64,000 nt of DNA. Origin: Candidatus Omnitrophota bacterium (GTDB lineage: Bacteria; Omnitrophota; Gorgyraeia; Zapsychrales; Fredricksoniimonadaceae). Where the stretch lies: NCBI GenBank assembly GCA_903860135.1, contig CAIOPG010000016.1, forward strand, positions 2,674 to 66,673. Reading direction: 5' to 3'. Below are positions 58,033 to 64,000 of this stretch, piece after piece; within the stretch, counting starts at the first letter, position 1, and every line of letters begins with the position of its first letter. A model generated the notes under the pieces. The model worked only from the letters and a program-made list of their open reading frames with translations. It did not search any database and was not told the origin of the DNA. A program made the position numbers and the translations under genes.

Positions 58033-59238
58033 TCATTTCTTTGGCGGGCGCTCGCCAAAGTACTGGTAATAGTTGGTTTCAATCGTGGCATTGAAAAGCT
58101 TACGCACCTTGTCCGGCTTGGCGCGCTTAAAAAAATCCGGGAACCGCTGGTCAGGCGTCAGAAAATACAGGGACCAGCCGGTCTTATTCTTCAACATTTT
58201 GTTGAGCGCAATATAGACCCCTGTGAGTTCCTTAAGACTCCCGATATGTATGCCGTACGGCGGATTGGAGATCATGACGCCGTATTGTTTGTCGATCCAC
58301 AGGTCCTTGATATCTTTCTGTTCAAAGGTGATGTCCTTTAAAACGCCGGCTCGCAGGGCATTGGCTTTAGCGTCCTTAATGCGCTGGGGATCAATGTCAG
58401 AGCCGAATATCAAAAGATTCCCCTCGGGAAGGATCGCCGCGCGAGCCGCATTGCGGGCATCGTCCCAGGCTTTTTTATCGATCTGAGCCCAGGCCTCGGC
58501 AGCAAAAGAACGGTTGAGGCCTGGTGCGATGTTGCGCCCGATCATGGCCGCTTCGATCAGAATGGTCCCTGCCCCACACATCGGGTCAATGAGGATCCGG
58601 TCTTTGTCCCAAAAGCTCAAAAGGACAAGTGCGGCCGCCATGGTCTCTCTGATGGGCGCTTCCCCCCTATCCATCCGATAACCCCGCTTGTGAAGCCCCC
58701 GCCCCGTTGCATCGAGCGTGAGGGTCGCCACATTGTTGGTGATCGCGATCTCGACGATGAACTCGGGGCCCGTCTCGGGAAGAGCCGTTTCACCGCGATC
58801 TCGATCTGAGCCCAAAGGGCGAGGCTCGCTTCGTTTCGCGGGGAGACGGCCAAAGAATTTCTCTTGAAGACGGTTCACGATCGCTCTTTTGACAATGGAT
58901 TGGCAGGCCCTGATACTCATAAGTGTGGAGCGCACGCATTTGCCGGTGACCGTGATCATCGCATCTTTCGGGATCCATTCCTCCCAAAGGACCGCACTTG
59001 TGCCGTCGAACAATTGATCAAAATCACCCGCCGGAAATTTCGCGATCTTAAGGAGCACGCGGTCCGAGACCCGCAGGGAAATATTGAGCCGCGGGATATC
59101 ATCAAAGGTGGCGGCAAACTCAATCCGCCCATCAGCTGTGGCGTAATCCGTAATCCCCAAGGCCTCAAGCTCGCGCTTGACAACAGCCTCCAACCCAAAG
59201 GCGCACGTAACGATCAGAGTAATACTTGTCGCGTTCAT
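58033..59238 (-). CDS. rlmL: THUMP-domain RlmL-like rRNA methyltransferase with internal insertion
   Basis: LHKRGYR, AP..ET.AA, DPMCG.GT, NPPYG. Confidence 0.9.
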   Translation of the reverse strand: MNATSITLIVTCAFGLEAVVKRELEALGITDYATADGRIEFAATFDDIPRLNISLRVSDRVLLKIAKFPAGDFDQLFDGTSAVLWEEWIPKDAMITVTGKCVRSTLMSIRACQSIVKRAIVNRLQEKFFGRLPAKRSEPRPLGSDRDRGETALPETGPEFIVEIAITNNVATLTLDATGRGLHKRGYRMDRGEAPIRETMAAALVLLSFWDKDRILIDPMCGAGTILIEAAMIGRNIAPGLNRSFAAEAWAQIDKKAWDDARNAARAAILPEGNLLIFGSDIDPQRIKDAKANALRAGVLKDITFEQKDIKDLWIDKQYGVMISNPPYGIHIGSLKELTGVYIALNKMLKNKTGWSLYFLTPDQRFPDFFKRAKPDKVRKLFNATIETNYYQYFGERPPKK

Positions 59239-59260
59239 ATTTTAGACACCTTAAGTTTTC

Positions 59261-59407
59261 TTAATAACATTTCGTAAAAAAACAGGAACACACTACTTTT
59301 TCCTTATAATCAATGAGCTGACTGGCCGCGACCTTAACTTCAGCCTTATCATTCGGTGGCAGCTGCTTGATCGAGCGATCAAATGAGAGTTTAAACTCAA
59401 ATCTCAT
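59261..59407 (-). pseudogene. Truncated RelE/ParE-like toxin
   Basis: ATGA-coupled to the AbrB gene; MRFEFKLSFDRSIKQLPPNDKAEV..., interrupted by the repeat near 59306. Confidence 0.55.
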
Positions 59408-59673
59408 AAGCTGGCAAGATGGTTCTTGGCTGATTCATCGCTTGAGAAAGTTTTCCCCTTCTCGGACGCTAATTTCTCAATCTTCTGCCACTCCTTGGGT
59501 GTATACGGGGATTTAGCAGTTACTTCACACGGCATCAGCATGATGCCATTCTTGCCAATACCAAAAGCGATTGAAGACCCTTCCTCAAGATGCAAAAGCT
59601 TGCGAATCCGGCTGGGAATAGTGACCTGCCCCTTGGTTGTTACTTTGGCAGTCTCGATAATAGTCATACCCAT
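59404..59673 (-). CDS. AbrB/MazE-family antitoxin
   Basis: KVTTKGQVTIP..IR..L.L..G; TCCTTAC-A-GTAAGGA palindrome at 59699-59713. Confidence 0.88.
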   Translation of the reverse strand: MGMTIIETAKVTTKGQVTIPSRIRKLLHLEEGSSIAFGIGKNGIMLMPCEVTAKSPYTPKEWQKIEKLASEKGKTFSSDESAKNHLASL

Positions 59674-59889
59674 TGTCCTTTCGTTATTATTCCTTACTTC
59701 CTTACAGTAAGGATATAATACTTTCGACTCAACGTCAACTTTTCATCATGATCCATATAATCCGCGACAATCTATACGTCATATGCCCATCGGTTAAAAC
59801 CCGGAACACACTACTTTCCTTATAGACTCCTTTATATTAAATGACCGTTCCCCGTTAATTCAAGCTAAAGCAACTTATCATAATCCCTG

Positions 59890-60285
59890 CTACAAATTCA
59901 TTGTACGATCCATGTCCCGACGCTCTTTTTTGGTTGGACGGCCTTCGCCTTTAGCACGACGCGGCACCCATCCACCCTTAATAAGTGCAAGCTTATCTTT
60001 CTCCGCTTGAGGCGTTATGTCTTCACAACACTCTTTGACAAGCACAGCCCCAACACGCTTATCAATGCATTTCAAAACTCGATACTGCCAACTCAGACCA
60101 TCTTTGCGGACAACAATCACCTGGCCAACACTAACGACCCGTGAAGGCTTCACCTCCTGCCCGTCAATATTGACCTTATGCCTTTTACACAAATCCGTTG
60201 CCACCGGTCGTGTCTTGCAAATCCGCACGGACCATAACCATTTGTCAACACGAACACTCATGGGAACAGAATCCATAAGCGTCAC
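59890..60285 (-). CDS. hslR: S4-domain ribosome-associated heat shock protein (Hsp15)
   Basis: RVDKWLW.VR..KTR, GRPTKKERR. Confidence 0.9.
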   Translation of the reverse strand: MTLMDSVPMSVRVDKWLWSVRICKTRPVATDLCKRHKVNIDGQEVKPSRVVSVGQVIVVRKDGLSWQYRVLKCIDKRVGAVLVKECCEDITPQAEKDKLALIKGGWVPRRAKGEGRPTKKERRDMDRTMNL

Positions 60286-60566
60286 AGATCCCCAAATTTA
60301 TAATGCTTACGCACGGCCTTTTTAACGTGCCAAGTACAGCTTAATCCTTTCGGAAATGTCACAAGGTCGCTCTTACCAAATGAAACAGTCTCAAACGGCG
60401 TTTTAACTGTCACATCACCATCGAGGAATAAACAGATCTCCTGTTCATCATATTGCCAATCAAACGTTGAGACTTCTTTGGTCCATATCGGCCAGGATCT
60501 TACACCCAAATCAATAAGCTTTTGCTCCGTCGGCTTTTCAACTATTACCTTAAGCGTATGTGACAT
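60282..60566 (-). CDS. Cupin (DUF861) protein
   Basis: WPIWTKE.S.F.W.Y..E.C, FPKGLSC.W. Confidence 0.88.
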   Translation of the reverse strand: MSHTLKVIVEKPTEQKLIDLGVRSWPIWTKEVSTFDWQYDEQEICLFLDGDVTVKTPFETVSFGKSDLVTFPKGLSCTWHVKKAVRKHYKFGDL

Positions 60567-60601
60567 TAATTACCCCCCTACTTGCCATAATAACCGGCCT
60601 A

Positions 60602-60758
60602 TTAAACCCGGATTGTGCAATAGCCGTCTTTCATCGACGCAACCGTTGGCACAAAAACATGCGTTGTTATTTCAACTGGCCTTCCACAATTTTACCGTCT
60701 AGGAAAGGCCCGGGTTCAACCCGCATTACCTCTGTCTATTGAAAAATGCGGGTTAAAC
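60602..60758. repeat. About 150-bp structured dispersed repeat, copy B
   Basis: Reverse complement of 34028-34174. Confidence 0.88.
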
Positions 60759-61751
60759 AATTCGATACCTTGCCGAGCGGGTATGCCCTTCCTTGGCAAC
60801 GACTCCTGCCGCGATCAAAGGCGCAATCAATTGATTAACTCGGGCACGATTGACATGCATGACACGGCAAATATCTCCTGAGCCTAAAACCCCCTGTTTA
60901 GTCAATAAATCAAGCAATTCGCGCTGTTTAGGCGTCCACTCCCTGCCATCGGCCTTAATTGAACGTAACCGTTCAGCCAAGCTCTCCATAGATGTCTGAA
61001 GGCCCAAAGCAAAATATTCTATCCAGTAAGTATAATCATAATCCATTTCATGCGTTTCATTGATCATCTGGTAATATTTTGCCCGATTAGCTGCAAAATA
61101 TTCATCCAACCCTAAAGAATGCGCCGGATCATACCCGCCCTGTAATAAAATCCATTGCGATAAAGCCCGCGCCATACGGCCATTCCCGTCAACAAACGGA
61201 TGAATCGCAACAAATTCATGATGAAATATCGCGCTTCGAATGATCGGGTGTTCCTGTTTTGACTTCAATAACCAGGTCTGAAGCTCGCTCATCCGCCTTA
61301 AGACATCTTTGGGCGAAGGGGGCGTATATATAACTTGATGCTTTGCGTTGACGACATAATTCTGCAACTTACGCCAACATCCCGAACGTGCAACTGGCAG
61401 AAGGCCTTTTGTCATTTGTGCGTGAAGGGAACGTATTCGGGCTGTCGTGCAGGCAGTGTCCTGATGCGCAATGATCCAACGAAGCACAGCAATACAATTC
61501 TTTACTTCAGTCTTTTGCTTTGATTCCGCATCAACATCTTTCCCGTCAACAAGCGCAGCCACTTGTGCTAATGATAATGTGTTTCCTTCTATCCATGTTG
61601 AAGAATGCGCGTCGCGACCAAGCGCATCACGCGTGACCTTGATTCTAACGAGGGATTCAGCAGAAAGGCTTTTTAACGCAGATGATAAGAGTATTGTCCG
61701 TTCCAGGCAAGCCGAAAGATAGTTTGTTAAACGATATGTTGGACTAAACAT
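60753..61751 (-). CDS. Fic-family protein with C-terminal wHTH
   Basis: STWIEGN, HPFVDGNGRMAR. Confidence 0.92.
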   Translation of the reverse strand: MFSPTYRLTNYLSACLERTILLSSALKSLSAESLVRIKVTRDALGRDAHSSTWIEGNTLSLAQVAALVDGKDVDAESKQKTEVKNCIAVLRWIIAHQDTACTTARIRSLHAQMTKGLLPVARSGCWRKLQNYVVNAKHQVIYTPPSPKDVLRRMSELQTWLLKSKQEHPIIRSAIFHHEFVAIHPFVDGNGRMARALSQWILLQGGYDPAHSLGLDEYFAANRAKYYQMINETHEMDYDYTYWIEYFALGLQTSMESLAERLRSIKADGREWTPKQRELLDLLTKQGVLGSGDICRVMHVNRARVNQLIAPLIAAGVVAKEGHTRSARYRIV

Positions 61752-61839
61752 GAAGGAATCCTAACACATTGTATAGTGTTTGTATAGTACATTGTATAGG
61801 ACTCTCCGCAGGCTCAACGGAACGGTTTAAAACCACTCC

Positions 61840-63381
61840 CTACCATTCCACCGGGAAATAATCTTTGAGGAATTTGCCGCACCAGTGTTCGCCGGTCAGG
61901 ATGCCGTTGAAAAAGGGGTCGCATACTCGGGCGGCTCCGTCGACAATATCCAAAGGCGGCTGGAAGTCGTGTTCTTTCTGCTTGCGCATGGAGATGGCAA
62001 AAGGATCTTCGTCCGTCACCCAGCCGGTATCAACGGCATTCATGAAAATGCCGTATTTGGCCAGGTCGCTCGCCGACGTGTGGGTCAGCATGTTGAGCGC
62101 GGCCTTGGCCATGTTGGTGTGCGGATGACGGTCGGTCTTGACGAACCGATGAAACTTGCCTTCCATCGCCGATACATTCACAATATGTTTCTGCCCCGTA
62201 TTCTGGCGCTTCATCATCCAGGACAACTTATTGCAAAGCACAAACGGCGCAATGGCATTGACCAGCTGAAGCTCGATCATCTCGGACGTCGGGATATCAC
62301 CGAGGCGCAGGCGCCAACTGTTGGTTTCACGCAAATCAACCTGCTGAAGATCCGCGTCCAGCTTGCCGTCAGGGAATACTTTTTCGACAGAAAGGGATTC
62401 GTCATGCACATACGGAACCTGCGAAAGTTTGGCGGACGCACACAGGCCAACTCCGGTCATTTTTCCGTTCCAGGCCACAGGTAGGGATGATTCAGCCACA
62501 CGCGGCGCATCTCTGGGGTCAAGCCCCAGCTCCTTCTTGCACTGCTCAAAAGGACGGAGCAAGCACTGGACTTCAGGTGATAAGTCCTCAAAGTGCAGGG
62601 CTTCATTGGCGATCATGTGCGCATAAAATCCCGGCGGACGACGCACCGTCTGAGCGGCATTATTGACCAGAAGATCAAGCCGGTCATATTTTTGTTCGAT
62701 AAACTTACAAAACATCTCCACACTCGGCGTATGCCGCAGGTCAAGCCCGTAAATGTGCAGGCGGTCGCCCCACTGCTTAAAGTCCGCCTCACGGGCATAC
62801 CGCATCGCACTATCGACGGGAAAGCGTGTTGTGGCAATCACGCGTGCACCGGAGCGCAGCATCATGAGCGCCGCCTGATACCCAATCTTCAGGCGCGACC
62901 CCGTGATCACCGCCACCTGCCCCTCGAGCGATGCTATCTGAAACCGCTTGGCATAATTAAATTCAGCACATTTGGGGCACATCGAATCATAAAAGAAATG
63001 CACCTTCGTAAATTCCTGCTTGCAGACATAACAGGAATCCGGCTTGATAAGCTCCATGCCCTCTCCCGCCGCCTCACGCGCCGGACCTTCCAGGCATTGG
63101 GGTGCCGTGAATACCGCCGCTTCGCGCGCCGCCCGGATCCCGGTTGCCGCACGCGCCTTACGTTCATGCGTATCGATCTGCTGTTTCTTCAGACGAACCC
63201 TGTCGCGCTTGCGTTTTTCAAACTCAACCCGGTCGGGCCGCGAGATCATCCCGGCGGCCTTTCGCAAAGCCACACTTTGCGCCGTTGATAAACCAGCTAA
63301 TTGAGAACTGTCCTGAACCAGTCCTTCCAAAACACGAATGCACTGCTCAATATCCTGCGGTGTGTGCTGTGACGTTGACAT
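61840..63381 (-). CDS. SDR oxidoreductase with N-terminal Zn-finger extension
   Basis: CYVC...[18 protein letters not shown]; start probably ATG 63381. Confidence 0.85.
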   Translation of the reverse strand: MSTSQHTPQDIEQCIRVLEGLVQDSSQLAGLSTAQSVALRKAAGMISRPDRVEFEKRKRDRVRLKKQQIDTHERKARAATGIRAAREAAVFTAPQCLEGPAREAAGEGMELIKPDSCYVCKQEFTKVHFFYDSMCPKCAEFNYAKRFQIASLEGQVAVITGSRLKIGYQAALMMLRSGARVIATTRFPVDSAMRYAREADFKQWGDRLHIYGLDLRHTPSVEMFCKFIEQKYDRLDLLVNNAAQTVRRPPGFYAHMIANEALHFEDLSPEVQCLLRPFEQCKKELGLDPRDAPRVAESSLPVAWNGKMTGVGLCASAKLSQVPYVHDESLSVEKVFPDGKLDADLQQVDLRETNSWRLRLGDIPTSEMIELQLVNAIAPFVLCNKLSWMMKRQNTGQKHIVNVSAMEGKFHRFVKTDRHPHTNMAKAALNMLTHTSASDLAKYGIFMNAVDTGWVTDEDPFAISMRKQKEHDFQPPLDIVDGAARVCDPFFNGILTGEHWCGKFLKDYFPVEW

Positions 63382-63391
63382 TATTTCCTGT

Positions 63392-63739
63392 TCACAATTT
63401 ATTATATTTCGTATGCCGCCCGTGGCATTTTGCAACGGGATACTTCTCGGCATTCTTCTTCATTTTGGAGTCGATCGCCTGTGGCAAGTCTATATCAAGA
63501 TCATGCGCCAGTTCAAAAAGATACCACGCCACATCCGCCAACTCGTCAGCGATCTCATCGCGGCACTCTTTGCCGTGCCGCACGACTTCTTCGGCGGATT
63601 TCCACTGAAAATGCTCCATGACCTCACCCGCTTCCAAAACCAGCGACAAGGCCACATCCTTGTGATTATGGAACTGCTTCCAGTCCCGGGCCTCACGGAA
63701 TTGCATGATCTTAGCTGTAATGTCTTTTATCTCACCCAT
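63392..63739 (-). CDS. MazG-like nucleotide pyrophosphohydrolase
   Basis: RDW.QFH..K, E..E, DELADV. Confidence 0.9.
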   Translation of the reverse strand: MGEIKDITAKIMQFREARDWKQFHNHKDVALSLVLEAGEVMEHFQWKSAEEVVRHGKECRDEIADELADVAWYLFELAHDLDIDLPQAIDSKMKKNAEKYPVAKCHGRHTKYNKL

Positions 63740-63998
63740 GACTTCTCTCCGGTGCTACTGGCTTTGCAGGAGCATCTTCTCTGGTCCCGCGATTGCGGAT
63801 AATAAGCCCGTCGAGAAAACGCCGCAGGAGCTGATCGCCGCAAGGCATGTATTGCGGCTGATCCTCTTTACGAAAGATCGCCGACAATTCCGATGATGTG
63901 GTCTCAAATTCTGCCAGGCGCAGGATCTCCATGATGTCCGTGTCCCTCAAGTGCAGGGCGACACGGAGTTTCTTCATAATGTCATTGTTCGTAAGCAT
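63732..63998 (-). CDS. DUF1456 (YehS-like) protein
   Basis: NNDI.KKLR.AL, C.DQ.LR.FLDGLI...RG. Confidence 0.85.
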   Translation of the reverse strand: MLTNNDIMKKLRVALHLRDTDIMEILRLAEFETTSSELSAIFRKEDQPQYMPCGDQLLRRFLDGLIIRNRGTREDAPAKPVAPERSHG

Positions 63999-64000
63999 GC

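Larger units (their letters stand above)
54094..59822. repeat. Four copies of a short ACACTACTTT(T)CCTTA-type repeat (near 54094, 54240 reversed, 59284, 59803)
   Basis: Direct sequence comparison. Confidence 0.75.
54672..60590. repeat. Five co-oriented ACTTRYCATAA sites (54672, 55619, 56509, 59873, 60580)
   Basis: Direct sequence comparison; all intergenic. Confidence 0.75.

Noticed and set aside
54672-60590. Classical integron attC array or complete dif sites
   Set aside because: No RYYYAAC...GTTRRRY hairpins and no intI gene; only one dif-like arm is conserved
1-64000. CRISPR array, cas genes or rRNA
   Set aside because: No regularly spaced repeat-spacer units and no such genes seen

Overview
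Bacterial chromosomal window of moderately high GC; the gene mix hints at a PVC/Omnitrophota-like lineage, but that is only a guess. Its main feature is a 13.8-kb, visibly AT-richer element (about 2955-16779) inserted into comM/yifB. The element is bounded by imperfect 18-bp direct repeats that both encode MNPCPC, so excision would restore a 512-aa ComM. It encodes two serine recombinases, an MCM-like replicative helicase, several Cys-rich small proteins, a MerR-like regulator flanked by twin palindromic operators, a hairpin-rich non-coding region, a membrane-anchored HNH-like protein and a two-methyltransferase R-M-like module. No phage structural or conjugation genes were seen, so it resembles staphylococcal SCC elements in organisation. 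The middle of the window is mostly housekeeping: a polyamine pathway, tRNA-Arg(CCG), uup, a short Rho, csp, SPFH genes, MacAB-TolC, a two-component system, prfC and recQ. The 53-62 kb region is an accessory patchwork of TA, Fic and truncated genes punctuated by three families of short repeats. A 150-bp structured repeat with compensatory changes occurs twice, and rlmL carries an in-frame hairpin insertion. All functional calls come from motif recognition by eye, not database searches.
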